Of a stretch of 64,000 nt of DNA, positions 29,751 to 41,232 are shown in pieces. The stretch spans positions 1,870-65,869 of the forward strand of contig CAMBEJ010000007.1 in NCBI GenBank assembly GCA_945865375.1, written 5' to 3'. The position numbers and the translations under genes are program-made. Source of the DNA: Akkermansia muciniphila (GTDB lineage: Bacteria; Verrucomicrobiota; Verrucomicrobiia; Limisphaerales; F1-80-MAGS106). The notes under the pieces are model-generated. The model was not told the DNA's origin and searched no databases. It worked only from the letters and a program-made list of their open reading frames with translations. Positions within the stretch are counted from its first letter, which is position 1, and the number at the start of each line of letters is the position of its first letter.

Positions 29751-29926
29751 GACCGAGGCGGAGTTGGAACAGCGTCCCACGACCGATGCAACAAAGTTGG
29801 AGATTACTTTGCGGTTGCGCCGGGAGACGGGCGGTGATGACGTTGGAATGGATTGCAGCGGGTTTGCGCCTGGGCTGTCGCTACACCGTGGCCAACGGCC
29901 TTAAGGCTGAGCGAATTCAACAATAG
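29751..29926 (+). pseudogene. Relic: frameshifted C-terminal fragment of the Y1 transposase-like family (third copy)
   Basis: WTEAELEQRPTTDATKLEITLRLRRET, then after a frameshift MTLEWIAAGLRLGCRYTVANGLKAERIQQ-stop. Same motif as 18342-18563. Confidence 0.5.
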
Positions 29927-29976
29927 CCGGGACTGACCCCTTCTCCTCAGAAATACGGTTCTGAGACCTGAGGAAA

Positions 29977-31458
29977 TCAGGGAAGGTTCGTGGTGCCCAT
30001 GAGGTAGCGATCGCACTCCCGCGCCGCTCCCCGCCCTTCGTTGAACGCCCAAACGACCAAACTCTGACCGCGGCGCGCATCCCCAGCGGCAAAGACACCC
30101 TTGAGGTTCGTCTGGTAACTACCGTGATCTGCCTTGGCATTCGAACGGGCATCGCGTTCGACGCCGAGTTGCTCCAACAACGGTTGGTCAGGTCCGAGAA
30201 ACCCCATCGCGAGCAGGACGATTTGGGTCTCATGAACACGCTCGGTACCGGGGATTTCTTGGGGAAAAAACTGGCCTTTCTCGTTTTTTTTCCACTCGAT
30301 TTGGACAAGGCGGATGGCCTTCACACGACCTTCAGGGTCGGATTCAAATCCTTTTGCGGTTGTCATGTAAACGCGAGGGTCCGCGCCGTATTTGGCAGCG
30401 GCTTCCTCCTGCCCGTAATCCATTTTGTAAACCTTCGGCCATTCAGGCCACGGATTGTCCTGGGCGCGGTTCATCGGAGGTTTCGGAAGGATTTCGACCT
30501 GGAGCAGGGATTTGCAACCGTGTCGCATGGAGGTGCCGACACAATCGGTGCCGGTATCGCCGCCGCCGATGATCACCACATCCTTGCCTTCGGCGGAAAT
30601 GAAATCCGCAGTGGCGTGCCCATCCAGGAGACTCTTGGTGTTCGCCTGGAGAAATTCCATGGCAAAGTGAATGCCGCGCAAGGATCGCCCCTCGATTGGG
30701 AGGTCGCGCGGTTTGGTGGCGCCGGTGCAAAGGACGACCGCGTCGAACTCCTTTAGCAACCGTTCAGCAGCATAAGTTTTGCCCACCTCGGTATCTGTCA
30801 GGAATGTCACTCCTTCTTTGGTGAGGATGTCAACCCGGCGTTGGACGAGAGATTTGTCGAGCTTCATGTTGGGGATGCCGTACATCAGCAACCCGCCGAT
30901 GCGGTCGGTCCGCTCGAACACCGTCACGCTGTGTCCCACCTTGTTCAACTGAGCGGCCGCGCACAGCCCAGAAGGGCCCGAGCCGACGACGGCCACCTTT
31001 TTCCCGGTTCGAATCGACGGGGCATCGACTGTGATCCAGCCTTCATCCCAGCCTCGATCCGCAATCGAGCATTCGATGTTCTTGATTGTGACGGGCGGGC
31101 TGTTCAAGCCCAGGACGCAGGACCCTTCACATGGGGCAGGGCACACGCGGCCAGTGAACTCGGGGAAGTTGTTGGTTTTGTGAAGCCGGTAGAGGGCCTC
31201 GTGCCATAGCCCTCGGTAGACCAGATCGTTCCACTCCGGAATGAGATTGTTGATGGGGCATCCAGATGCCATCCCGCCCAGCAAGTTTCCAGTGTGACAG
31301 AACGGGATGCCGCAGTCCATGCAGCGCGCCCCTTGCTCCCGGAGTTTGGCTTCGTCCAAGTGGAGGTGGAACTCCTGCCAATCTTTGATGCGCTCTTGAG
31401 CGGACCTGTCGAGTGGCAGCTCTCGGAGGTAATCGATGAATCCAGTAGGCTTACCCAT
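29977..31458 (-). CDS. gltD: Glutamate synthase (NADPH) small subunit
   Basis: 493 aa. [10 protein letters not shown]..., Fe-S Cys motifs, [11 protein letters not shown] and the GDTGTDC FAD/NAD motifs. Confidence 0.95.
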   Translation of the reverse strand: MGKPTGFIDYLRELPLDRSAQERIKDWQEFHLHLDEAKLREQGARCMDCGIPFCHTGNLLGGMASGCPINNLIPEWNDLVYRGLWHEALYRLHKTNNFPEFTGRVCPAPCEGSCVLGLNSPPVTIKNIECSIADRGWDEGWITVDAPSIRTGKKVAVVGSGPSGLCAAAQLNKVGHSVTVFERTDRIGGLLMYGIPNMKLDKSLVQRRVDILTKEGVTFLTDTEVGKTYAAERLLKEFDAVVLCTGATKPRDLPIEGRSLRGIHFAMEFLQANTKSLLDGHATADFISAEGKDVVIIGGGDTGTDCVGTSMRHGCKSLLQVEILPKPPMNRAQDNPWPEWPKVYKMDYGQEEAAAKYGADPRVYMTTAKGFESDPEGRVKAIRLVQIEWKKNEKGQFFPQEIPGTERVHETQIVLLAMGFLGPDQPLLEQLGVERDARSNAKADHGSYQTNLKGVFAAGDARRGQSLVVWAFNEGRGAARECDRYLMGTTNLP

Positions 31459-31512
31459 TGTGGTTCAGATTAGAGGTCTCTTCTTGTTGGTAATCGGTTT
31501 GGTTGTGGTCGA

Positions 31513-34500
31513 TCAGCCCCCTCCGACGCGGGCAGCATCGCGAGAGTTTTCCTCGAAAGCAGCCATGATGGCATCTTCGCCGGTGAGGCCGGCTTCGACG
31601 ACCCTTCTCAATGACTGCAGCACTCGCTTGTAATCCTTGGGCATGACGCGCACAAATTTCGGCACCATCTCATCCCAGAGGGCAAGGACTTTCCAAGCTT
31701 TTTGGCTGTGCGTGGTGTCGGCGTGTCTCTTGATCATCTGGCGGAGATCCTCGATTTCCGCTGGGTCATCAAGCTTTTCCAAGGCCACAAGCTGCATGTT
31801 GCAATGTCGTGGGAATTGGCCGGATTCGTCCAGGATATAAGCCACTCCACCTGACATGCCCGCTGCGAAGTTTCGACCGGTAGCGCCCAGAACCACCACT
31901 TTGCCACCGGTCATGTATTCGCAGCCGTGGTCACCGACGGCTTCGACGACGGCGTTGACACCGCTGTTGCGGACACAGAACCGTTCTCCCGCCATGCCCC
32001 GGATGTAGGCTTGCCCGGACGTAGCGCCGTAGAAGGCCACGTTGCCGATGATGATATTTTCCTCGGCGATGAATGTGGCAGACACCGGTGGAGCGACGAT
32101 GATAGTGCCGCCTGATAGCCCCTTGCCCACGTAATCGTTCGCATCCCCTTCGAGTCTGATCGTGATGCCCTTGGGAATAAACGCGCCGAGACTTTGCCCT
32201 GCCGAACCTTTGAAGTTGAGCTGGATGGTATTATCAGGAAGTCCGTCCACACCGAAGCGGCGTGTCACCTCGCTACCGAGGATGGTGCCCACGACGCGGT
32301 TGATGTTCCGAATGCTGAGGTTGACAACCACTTTCTCGCGTCGTAGGAGCGCGGGTTCGCACAACCCAAGCAGGACGGTTTTGTCGAGGGACTGGTCCAG
32401 TCCGTGATCTTGGGCCATCTGACAATAGCGGCCCACATCCGCTCCGGCCTTCGGTTGGTACAGGATGGCACTGAAGTCCAGACCCCGTGCCTTCCAGTGA
32501 TCGATGGCTTTGCGCGGTTCGACGCAGTCGACCCTGCCTACCATTTCATTCACCGTTCGAAAACCCAACAGCGCCATGATTTCCCGGACCTCCTGCGCGA
32601 TGAACTTCATGAATCGAACGGCATGCTCGGGATCTCCCGTAAAGTTTTTTCGCAGTTTGGGATCCTGGGTCGCGACGCCGACTGGGCAGGTGTTCAGGTG
32701 GCACACCCGCATCATGATGCAACCGAGCGAGACCAAGGGCGCGGTGGCGAATCCGAACTCTTCAGCTCCCAGGAGCGCGGCGATAACGACGTCTCGTCCA
32801 GTCTTGAGTTGGCCATCAGTTTCCACCGCGATTCGGCTTCGAAGATTGTTGAGAACCAAGGTTTGATGGGTCTCAGCGAGGCCGAGTTCCCAGGGAATGC
32901 CCGCGTGTTTGATGCTGGTTTGTGGGGAAGCCCCTGTGCCGCCATCGTACCCACTGATCAAAACCACATCCGCATGGGCTTTGGCAACACCTGCCGCGAC
33001 GGTCCCGACACCGACTTCAGACACCAGCTTGACGCTGATTCGCGCGTCCTGGTTCGAGTTTTTGAGATCGTGAATGAGTTCGGCCAGATCTTCGATGGAG
33101 TAGATATCGTGATGGGGGGGCGGTGAGATCAGACCGACGCCGGGGGTGGCATGCCGGACCTTGGCGATCCAGGGGTAAACCTTTCCTCCGGGGAGTTGAC
33201 CTCCCTCGCCTGGCTTCGCGCCCTGCGCCATCTTGATTTGCAGCTCCTGAGCATTCACCAAATAGAGGCTTGTCACCCCGAACCGCCCCGAAGCCACCTG
33301 CTTGATGGCGCTGTTTTTCGAGTCGCCGTTGGCCTCCAAGACATAACGAGAGGGATCTTCGCCACCCTCGCCTGTGTTGCTTTTTCCGCCCAACCGATTC
33401 ATCGCGATGGCTAAGGCCTCGTGGGCTTCCTTGCTGATGGAACCATAGGACATGGCACCAGACTTGAACCGTTTAAGGATCTTCTCCAACGGTTCAACCT
33501 CGTCGATTGGAATAGGATTCGAGGCGAGCTTCAGATCGAACAGCCCGCGCAAGGTTCCCAGCCTCTTGGTCTGATCGTTGACCAGCGCCGAGTATTGTCT
33601 AAACAGTTCAAAACTTCCCTGGCGAACGGCTTGTTGGAGTTTGTGAACGGTCTGTGGACTGAACAGATGGAGCTCGCCATCATGCCGCCATTGATACTGG
33701 CCGCCCACGTCCAAAACTTGTCCGTTCACGTGCCGACTTGGGAATGCCGTTTCGTGCCGTATCAGGACCTCTTTGGCGATGATGTCCATGCCGATGCCTT
33801 CAAGCCGGGATGGGGTCCACGTGAAATACTTGTCGATCACTTTGCTGCTCAGCCCGATCGCTTCAAAAATCTGAGCTCCCCTATAGCTTTGAATCGTCGA
33901 GATACCCATCTTGGAAGCGACCTTGACGACCCCCTTGACGGCTGCTTTGACGAAGTTTTTACAGGCTTGCTTGTGAGTAATATCCTTCAGCATCCCCTGG
34001 CGAATCATGTCGTCGAGGGTCTCAAACGCTAAATACGGATTCACCGCCCCAGCCCCGTAGCCTATCAGGAGTGAGAAATGGTGGACTTCGCGGGGTTCGC
34101 CGCTTTCCAACACCAACCCGACCTTCGTCCGTGTTCCCTCCCTGACAAGGTGATGATGGAGTCCCGCAACCGCGAGCAGGGCAGGGATGGCCGCATTGTC
34201 GCGATCGAGGCCACGGTCTGAAAGGATGAGGATGTTGACTCCATCCGCGATGGCCCTGTTGGCTTGAGAAAATAACTCAGCCATGGCCTTTTCAATCCCC
34301 TGATCGGATTCAGAAGCCTTGAAAAGAATGGGCAACGTGGCGGATTTGAAGCCTTTTTGGTTGATGTGCCGCAGCTTTGCCAGTTCTTCGTTGGTCAAAA
34401 CGGGGGTCTTCAACTCGATCATCCGGCAACTCTCCGGCTCAGGTTTCAGAAGGTTCCGTTCCGACCCGATCGTGGTTTCTGTGGATGTGATGATCTCTTC

Positions 34501-36126
34501 CCGGATGCAATCAATCGGGGGATTCGTGACCTGTGCAAAGAGCTGGTGGAAATAATTATACAGAGTCTGGGGCTTGTCAGAAAGCACCGCCACCGGGGTG
34601 TCGGTCCCCATGGAACCGACAGCCTCCACGCCGGTGGTGGCCATGGGTGCCATCAGAATACGCTGATCTTCGAATGTGTATCCAAAGGCATGTTGCCTTT
34701 GCAAAACAGTTTCGTGGCTTGGCTCAGGGACCTCATCGACCTCCGGGAGATGGTCGAATTTGATCAGGTGTTGATCGAGCCATTTTCTGTAAGGTTGGGC
34801 TCGCACAACTCTGTCCTTTATTTCCTCGTCCGAAACGATCCGCCCTTCCTCGGTGTCCACAAGGAACATGCGTCCTGGCTGGAGACGTCCTTTTTGAAGG
34901 ATTCGGTCGGGAGGGATTTCAACCACACCCACCTCGGAAGCCATGATCACCAAGTCGTCCTTGGTCACGTAGTAGCGGCTTGGCCTGAGTCCATTTCGAT
35001 CGAGCACAGCCCCGATTCGAATGCCGTCGGTGAAGGCGATGGAGGCAGGGCCGTCCCAAGGCTCCATCAGGCAGCTGTGGTATTCATAAAAGGCCTTCTT
35101 CTCATCGCTCATGCTTTCATGGCCGGCCCAGGGCTCAGGGATCATCATCATGATTGCGTGGGGCAGGGAGCGGCCTGCGAGCACAAGAAGCTCCAGGCAG
35201 TTGTCGAACATGGCTGAATCGCTGCCGTTGGTGTTGATGATCGGGAGGACCTTTGGCAGGTCTTGTCCGAATTCCTGAGACTGGAACATCGACTGTCGAG
35301 CGTGGATCCAGTTTATATTCCCTCGCAACGTGTTGATTTCTCCGTTATGCGCCACGTAGCGGTAAGGATGCCCCCGCTCCCAGCTTGGGAAGGTGTTGGT
35401 GCTGAACCGCGAATGGACAAGCGCCAAAGCGGACTCCATATCGGGATCCAAGAGGTCGGGATAGTAGCACTCAACTTGCATCGGCATCAGCATGCCTTTA
35501 TACACGATCGTCCGGCCTGAGACGCTGGCCATGTACCAATATTTCCCGCCAGCGAGCTTTCCTCCAACAATCGTGTTGACGGCGCGTTTCCTGATGACAT
35601 AGAGCTTTCTCTCAAATCCGAGATCGTCCTTGAGCTCAGGATTTCTCCCAATGAACACCTGTCGCATGAAAGGTTCTGAAGCCTTGGCCGTTTTGCCAAG
35701 CGACGAGTGGTCGGTCGGAATATCGCGCCAACCGAGCACGGATTGACCCTCTTCGACAACAATCTGTTCAAACGCCCTCTCGCAGGCAAGCCGATCTTTG
35801 GGATGAGGTGAGGAGAACACCATGCCCACTCCGTATTGCCCTTTAGGGGGGAGGGTGATGCCAATCCGCAATGCGGCTTTTGAAAGAAATTTATGCGGGA
35901 GCTGCAGCAGGATGCCGGCACCGTCACCCGTGTTTGGCTCGCAACCACAGGCGCCCCGGTGGTCGAGGTTCAAAAGCAGCGTCAATGCTTGACGCACGAT
36001 GTGATGGGATTTTTTTCCTTTGACCTGAACAACGAAACCCACACCGCATGAGTCGTGTTCGAACTGTGGATCATAAAGACCTTGCTTGGGTGGTAACCCA
36101 ATCGGATTCAGGCTGCTGCCATTCAT
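31513..36126 (-). CDS. gltB: Glutamate synthase large subunit
   Basis: 1537 aa. Ntn-amidotransferase N-terminus ([11 protein letters not shown]), FMN/3Fe-4S central domain and a GXGXG C-terminal domain. Confidence 0.97.
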   Translation of the reverse strand: MNGSSLNPIGLPPKQGLYDPQFEHDSCGVGFVVQVKGKKSHHIVRQALTLLLNLDHRGACGCEPNTGDGAGILLQLPHKFLSKAALRIGITLPPKGQYGVGMVFSSPHPKDRLACERAFEQIVVEEGQSVLGWRDIPTDHSSLGKTAKASEPFMRQVFIGRNPELKDDLGFERKLYVIRKRAVNTIVGGKLAGGKYWYMASVSGRTIVYKGMLMPMQVECYYPDLLDPDMESALALVHSRFSTNTFPSWERGHPYRYVAHNGEINTLRGNINWIHARQSMFQSQEFGQDLPKVLPIINTNGSDSAMFDNCLELLVLAGRSLPHAIMMMIPEPWAGHESMSDEKKAFYEYHSCLMEPWDGPASIAFTDGIRIGAVLDRNGLRPSRYYVTKDDLVIMASEVGVVEIPPDRILQKGRLQPGRMFLVDTEEGRIVSDEEIKDRVVRAQPYRKWLDQHLIKFDHLPEVDEVPEPSHETVLQRQHAFGYTFEDQRILMAPMATTGVEAVGSMGTDTPVAVLSDKPQTLYNYFHQLFAQVTNPPIDCIREEIITSTETTIGSERNLLKPEPESCRMIELKTPVLTNEELAKLRHINQKGFKSATLPILFKASESDQGIEKAMAELFSQANRAIADGVNILILSDRGLDRDNAAIPALLAVAGLHHHLVREGTRTKVGLVLESGEPREVHHFSLLIGYGAGAVNPYLAFETLDDMIRQGMLKDITHKQACKNFVKAAVKGVVKVASKMGISTIQSYRGAQIFEAIGLSSKVIDKYFTWTPSRLEGIGMDIIAKEVLIRHETAFPSRHVNGQVLDVGGQYQWRHDGELHLFSPQTVHKLQQAVRQGSFELFRQYSALVNDQTKRLGTLRGLFDLKLASNPIPIDEVEPLEKILKRFKSGAMSYGSISKEAHEALAIAMNRLGGKSNTGEGGEDPSRYVLEANGDSKNSAIKQVASGRFGVTSLYLVNAQELQIKMAQGAKPGEGGQLPGGKVYPWIAKVRHATPGVGLISPPPHHDIYSIEDLAELIHDLKNSNQDARISVKLVSEVGVGTVAAGVAKAHADVVLISGYDGGTGASPQTSIKHAGIPWELGLAETHQTLVLNNLRSRIAVETDGQLKTGRDVVIAALLGAEEFGFATAPLVSLGCIMMRVCHLNTCPVGVATQDPKLRKNFTGDPEHAVRFMKFIAQEVREIMALLGFRTVNEMVGRVDCVEPRKAIDHWKARGLDFSAILYQPKAGADVGRYCQMAQDHGLDQSLDKTVLLGLCEPALLRREKVVVNLSIRNINRVVGTILGSEVTRRFGVDGLPDNTIQLNFKGSAGQSLGAFIPKGITIRLEGDANDYVGKGLSGGTIIVAPPVSATFIAEENIIIGNVAFYGATSGQAYIRGMAGERFCVRNSGVNAVVEAVGDHGCEYMTGGKVVVLGATGRNFAAGMSGGVAYILDESGQFPRHCNMQLVALEKLDDPAEIEDLRQMIKRHADTTHSQKAWKVLALWDEMVPKFVRVMPKDYKRVLQSLRRVVEAGLTGEDAIMAAFEENSRDAARVGGG

Positions 36127-36395
36127 TGCCGTGTTATTCGTAATCGTCGTTTAGGATGCTTTCCTGTCATCAGGCGCGTCTCAACCCGGTCTTTTTACTC
36201 AAAACCGCGCGCGGTGCAATAGTGTAGATTCAAATTCGATGAAACTGTCTAAGAAACCGCAAACCGTCCGGGCGCGTTCAGGAGCGCAATCAGTGCGGCG
36301 GTTTATGTGCTCAGAATTTTCAGTGCTTTCTGAGGGTTTTGACCCTGAGAAGAAGCAGGCGCTTTCTCGCGTTTGGACTGTTCGCACACCTCGAG

Positions 36396-36932
36396 TTACG
36401 AAGGCGCCGGCGTTTGTTGGAGGAGCTTAGACACGATCTGAACTTCCGGAAGCGGATAGGTGCCTCTAAACTCAACGGGGTTCTGCGTCGCGATGACGAA
36501 GAATGGATCCGGTAGCGAGTACCGATTTCCCTCAACGCTCACCTGACTCTCCGCCATGGCTTCAAGGAGGGCGGATTGTGTCCGCGGGGAGGCCCGGTTT
36601 ATCTCATCTCCCAGCAAGATGTTGGTGAAAATGGGGCCTTTGTGAAACGCGAAATTCTGATCGCGCTGGTTGTAGATGGAAACCCCAAGGATATCCGTCG
36701 GAAGGAGGTCGGGCGTGAACTGAACTCTTTTGAACTCGGCATGAATCGACTTCGCGAGGGCTTTGGCGAGCGTGGTTTTCCCGGTTCCTGGATAGTCTTC
36801 CAGAAGCACATGTCCGCCGCTTGCGAGCGACGCCAGGAGTTTCCTTAGAGCCGGGCTCTGGCCGTGGATGACCTTTTGAATGTTTGCCAACAGTCGGGAG
36901 TAAACTCCCCGGGCGTCAAAGTTGTGCGGCAT
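36396..36932 (-). pseudogene. 3'-truncated MoxR-type AAA+ ATPase
   Basis: Walker A (DYPGTGKT) and Walker B (LLGDEINRA) are intact. Homology stops after TYPLPEVQ, where the family continues LDRF. It is replaced by 13 unrelated codons abutting the gltB upstream region. No DUF58/vWA partners follow. Confidence 0.65.
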
Positions 36933-37276
36933 GAGTGGTGTGGGTGACCTCAACCAGAAGGCGGCTGTCCAGGGACGCCACGACAAGAGAGAAAGCATGC
37001 ATGGATCTTGAAATTCGGTCTGTCGTTCGATCTGGGCCGGCAGGATAGCGGCTCTCAGCCCCGGTGGCAAGCGAACCCAGCGAATGGCAACGATTTGGTC
37101 GTGCATCCCGGTGTCGGCAAAGTGGCAGAACCGTCTCGGCTCTGCCCGGAGCAGCGGCGAGACGCCGCAGCCACTTTAGGATCGCCCCGTAAAAATCTGA
37201 GAAACGCATCCCGACGCCTGGATCCCGCGAACGTCCGATTGACGGACCCTTTTCCTCCAATCATAGTTCGCCCCCA

Positions 37277-40273
37277 GTGACCCCTCAACCAAACCCTCGG
37301 AAGCCACCCGCCTTGCTTTGGTGGATTGCGCTGCACATGACATTGTGTCTTTCGCAAGCCGAGCCTTTGGTCGCGGTCGGGGATGTTTGGAGATTTTTGA
37401 AAGCCTACCGTGATCCTCTAGCCGTGCCTGTCGGCTGGCAATCGTTGGGGTTCAACGATTCGGCGTGGGAGGCGGGTCCATCGGGTTTTAGCATCGGTTC
37501 ATCCGGATATTACAGGGAAGCCACCTTGCTAGGCAGTTCTGAATACGCCTCGCCGGAGTTCGCTTCCGTTCTCTTCAGGCGCGAGTTCAGCGTCCTGGAC
37601 CGGAACCAGGTCCGGTGGCTCGTGTTGCGCGTGGATTATGACGATGGCTTCGTGGCCCATTTGAACGGGGTGGAAATTGCGCGCCGCGGGCTGGGCGACA
37701 TCCCTGGAACACCGGTCGCCCACACGGTTTCCGCGACGACTACGCACGCGTCAGGGAACACTGAGGAAATTGACGTGAGCGCGCACGCGAACCTGCTCCG
37801 CGATGGGCCTAACTTGCTGTCGATCCAGTTGCACAATGTCTCGCAGGATGGAACCGACTTCATACTGGTCCCCGAGTTGTTCAGCAATTTTCAACGGGGG
37901 CCGTTGGTTCAAAACGCCAGCGCGCGGTCGATACAAATCATTTGGAAAACTCCCTTGCTCACAGACGCGATGGTGGAGTTTGGCGTGGCTCCCAGCCTGG
38001 GCTCAAGTTTGGTTGAACTCGCTCGAACGACCGTTCATGCCCTCACGCTCACAAACCTGGCTCCCGGGACGCGGTATCACTATCGTGTTTCGAGTTCTTC
38101 GGCATCCGGGACTCGAGCTGTTTCAGAGGTCGAGAGCTTCACCACTTTAAGCGACGCCGGGGATGTCCATTTCGCCGTGATCGGGGACAGCGGCCAAGGT
38201 TCAGTGGGACAGTATCGGGTGGCGGGGGTCCTGGACCGCCTGAATCCTGATCTGGTGCTGCACACTGGGGATGTCATCTATCCTTCATTCACTGAGGCGC
38301 GGGCGGACACCCGGTGTTTCAGTGTTTATCACAAACAGATGAAACGCGCGCCGTTTTATTTCACGATCGGAAATCATGACATCTACTCGGGTGTTTCCTA
38401 CTACTTGGACGCCTTTTTCCTCCCTACAAACTCGGTTCCAACCGCCGTGCATGGCATCGACACCACACCAGAACATTATTACTCCTTCGACCACGGCGAC
38501 GCCCACTTTGCAGTCGTCTACCAACCCATTGTCAGTCAGTATAAAATGCAGGTCGGCGATCCCCAATACCAATGGCTAACGAATGATCTGGCGAGAACCA
38601 CCAAGCCTTGGAAGTTCATGCTGTTTCACATGCCGATGCGGACATCATCCGTTCACCGATTCGACAATTATAACCTGAACGGGATCTATGATCGGCTTGA
38701 AGTCCAGGATGTCCTCTGGCCGATCGCCGCCCAGTATGGGGTTCAGTTGGTCATGACTGGCCACGATCACACTTATGAGCGATTTTCACCCGTCAACGGA
38801 GTTCACTGCATCGTCACCGGAGGCGGGGGCGGAATCTCCTATCCGTTTCAAGAAAGAGATCCTCTGAGCGCCCAGTTCAGATCGATGTACCATTGCGTCG
38901 ATGTCAGGATTTCAGGCGGGACGCTCTCGCTGCGAGCTCTGGATGACTCAGGCCGGGAGTTTGACTCCATGGTGATTCAACGGGCGCTGCCTCCTCAAAG
39001 GATTTCGGTGGCCAGATGGCATCATCCAGCACTCCCTATCGGGACTGCCGACGATGGGGATGGGAACATCCGCTCGCAGGTCTTTGACGTGATTGGTGAA
39101 GCAATTCCCACTCTCACGGGTCAGTTTTCCAACCTCGGCCAGGTATTTGTCAATAGCGACACCACGAATCTGCACGTCGGGTTTTCGAAGGTCATGATTG
39201 CCTCGGGCCAGGATCTTTTCCTTTTCGTTGGCACCTCCGGCAAGGTGGGCGTTCCGAGTTTAAAAGGGCTTGGAAACGGACTTGTCGATGCGGCAGGAGG
39301 GCAGGGGGTCGATGGGCTGGATTTTCTGGAGAACCTGCGCTTCAACGGTTTTGAGCCTTGCGTCGGCGCTATTCTTGGGGACGAATTTGCGGACGGAACC
39401 TTTCGCGAATTTGCCCGCAAGGAAGGCCCTCTCGCCGCGTCTGGACAAGGAATCTTCCGGCTGGACGCCGGATTTGCAACGATCCCGGGGGCGCGACTCC
39501 AACAATTCAATCTGCCTCAGATGCCTCTCGACAATTCCACGATCGGCGATCAAAGGGCCTCGCTGTTGGAGGAAAACGCCGACTTCATCGTGGTATCCAT
39601 CCCGCTGTCAGAATTGGGTGTGGGCCCTGGCGACATCGTGAAACTCGCCGCCGTTGTCGGTTTGCTTCGTGTGAACACCCACGCCACCTTTCAAGGCCGC
39701 CTTTTAGACACGAGCTTTCTGGGGACGGCTTTGGTTGCTGAAGCGACCAATTCCTGGGTCTTGAGTCCCATTGATGTCCGGCTAGCCAGCTCGCCCGATT
39801 CCGATGGCGATGGCCTTGTGGACGCCGACGAGGCGGTCTTTGGAACGCGGATCGATCTTCCTGACACCGATGCCGATGGATTGCCCGACGGATGGGAGGT
39901 TGCTTACGGGTTGAACCCGCTTTCAGCATTGGGTGTCGATGGCGCTGCGGGCGATCCCGATCACGATAGTTTGAGCAACCGTGATGAACACGGCGTGGGA
40001 ACCAGTCCTGTGGATCCGAGTTCGACGTTCTGGTTGAGAGGGAAATGGGTCTCACCGTCGAGGATTCGACTCGAGTGGAGGGCAAAACCAGGGCTGAATT
40101 ACACCCTCGAAAGAGCAGACGAAGCAATGGGCCCGTACGAGTCCTATCCGAACGCAGGATTTGTTCGGAAGGCTGAGGCGGAGATCGAGTCGTTCGAGCT
40201 CGAGCTCAACCCGAATCCGCAAGCCACGACAAGAGAAGCCGCCGGATTCTTCAGAATACGAGCGCAGCGATGA
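37277..40273 (+). CDS. Secreted multidomain calcineurin-like metallophosphoesterase (purple-acid-phosphatase-like)
   Basis: Signal peptide. N-terminal jelly-roll-like domain shared with the two CotH proteins. Fn3-like PAP N-domain. Phosphoesterase motifs GDSGQG, GDVIYP, GNHD and GHDHTYER. TSP3-like DxDxDG repeats. C-terminal beta-domain ending FFRIRAQR. Confidence 0.8.
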   Translation: MTPQPNPRKPPALLWWIALHMTLCLSQAEPLVAVGDVWRFLKAYRDPLAVPVGWQSLGFNDSAWEAGPSGFSIGSSGYYREATLLGSSEYASPEFASVLFRREFSVLDRNQVRWLVLRVDYDDGFVAHLNGVEIARRGLGDIPGTPVAHTVSATTTHASGNTEEIDVSAHANLLRDGPNLLSIQLHNVSQDGTDFILVPELFSNFQRGPLVQNASARSIQIIWKTPLLTDAMVEFGVAPSLGSSLVELARTTVHALTLTNLAPGTRYHYRVSSSSASGTRAVSEVESFTTLSDAGDVHFAVIGDSGQGSVGQYRVAGVLDRLNPDLVLHTGDVIYPSFTEARADTRCFSVYHKQMKRAPFYFTIGNHDIYSGVSYYLDAFFLPTNSVPTAVHGIDTTPEHYYSFDHGDAHFAVVYQPIVSQYKMQVGDPQYQWLTNDLARTTKPWKFMLFHMPMRTSSVHRFDNYNLNGIYDRLEVQDVLWPIAAQYGVQLVMTGHDHTYERFSPVNGVHCIVTGGGGGISYPFQERDPLSAQFRSMYHCVDVRISGGTLSLRALDDSGREFDSMVIQRALPPQRISVARWHHPALPIGTADDGDGNIRSQVFDVIGEAIPTLTGQFSNLGQVFVNSDTTNLHVGFSKVMIASGQDLFLFVGTSGKVGVPSLKGLGNGLVDAAGGQGVDGLDFLENLRFNGFEPCVGAILGDEFADGTFREFARKEGPLAASGQGIFRLDAGFATIPGARLQQFNLPQMPLDNSTIGDQRASLLEENADFIVVSIPLSELGVGPGDIVKLAAVVGLLRVNTHATFQGRLLDTSFLGTALVAEATNSWVLSPIDVRLASSPDSDGDGLVDADEAVFGTRIDLPDTDADGLPDGWEVAYGLNPLSALGVDGAAGDPDHDSLSNRDEHGVGTSPVDPSSTFWLRGKWVSPSRIRLEWRAKPGLNYTLERADEAMGPYESYPNAGFVRKAEAEIESFELELNPNPQATTREAAGFFRIRAQR

Positions 40274-40431
40274 TGTGCTGATCCCATCTGTCCGCGACGC
40301 AGATTTGTTTCGCACAATGTATGTTATATTTAATACGAACTCACGTTCTTCTGGCAGGTTGTCGCGGCTCGCGACGCCAAAAAATGGTGGCATGCCGCGG
40401 AAGTTGGCTTTGTGTCTCGTTCTTTGGAGTT

Positions 40432-41082
40432 TTACCGCGACCCTGTTTTATCCGTGTGATCCGTTCGCGCGGATCGGGACCGGGTCCGGACTTTGGCAAG
40501 CGATTCCTTTGTGATCACGCCGGCGGAAAACAGTTTTTCCGCGTGCGACAACTGGCGCGCGCCCACGCGGTTTGATTTCGACCGGTTCAATTCTTGGGGC
40601 AGCATTTCAAGATTGGCCAGTTCATTGCCCGCTTCAGGGGCTAGGCTGTAAGGCACGATGTGATCGATCTCGACCTTGGTTCTCGCGTAAGGGCCCTTCG
40701 TGATTACGCCCGCTTTTCCATTCCGTAGCAGGTTCCCGTTGTTCTCCTCAAAAAGGCCCAAGCCGCGCGCAATGTTGAGATTTCGGAGGAGCGATTCCTT
40801 TATCAGGCTCGCACGGGTATCGCTGGTGCCATGGATGAATTGTGCCATGCCAATCGCGGTTTCAGGTGGCACAAGCCGCTGGTCCGCCACGTGCAGCCAA
40901 TAGACGATCTTATTGAGTCGAGGGTTGGCCCCTCGCTCGCCGAGGGTGGCCAGCTTGGCTGGATCGCTCAAGCTGGCGATGGCGTAAACGGCTTGGAATG
41001 GGCCGAACTGCCAAAGCAACCCGCCTGCGAAGATTCCAATGAGACAGAAAAGTGAGCGCGCTTTGCGCCGGTGTTTAGCCAC
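40432..41082 (-). CDS. Membrane-anchored HNH endonuclease-domain protein
   Basis: GTG start. One N-terminal TM (LFCLIGIFAGGLLW). HNH signature EIDHIVP...GNELANLEMLPQELNRSK. The last ~12 codons are encoded by a dispersed repeat. Confidence 0.65.
   Translation of the reverse strand: MAKHRRKARSLFCLIGIFAGGLLWQFGPFQAVYAIASLSDPAKLATLGERGANPRLNKIVYWLHVADQRLVPPETAIGMAQFIHGTSDTRASLIKESLLRNLNIARGLGLFEENNGNLLRNGKAGVITKGPYARTKVEIDHIVPYSLAPEAGNELANLEMLPQELNRSKSNRVGARQLSHAEKLFSAGVITKESLAKVRTRSRSARTDHTDKTGSR
40447..40464. repeat. Solo copy of the TTTATCCGTGTKATCCGT repeat
   Basis: 17/18 identical to 16743-16760. Lies inside the 3' end of the HNH ORF. Confidence 0.6.
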
Positions 41083-41232
41083 CCCTCAAGAATTCACAAC
41101 CGGTCGCCAATTCGCAAGCGGAACGCAAGCACAACCCGCCATTCTCATTGTTCGGCTCAAAAGCCCTCAACTGGCTTTGCTGTGGTCCACACTCGAAACG
41201 ATCGCCAACAGATAGACCCGTTCCAGATCGAA

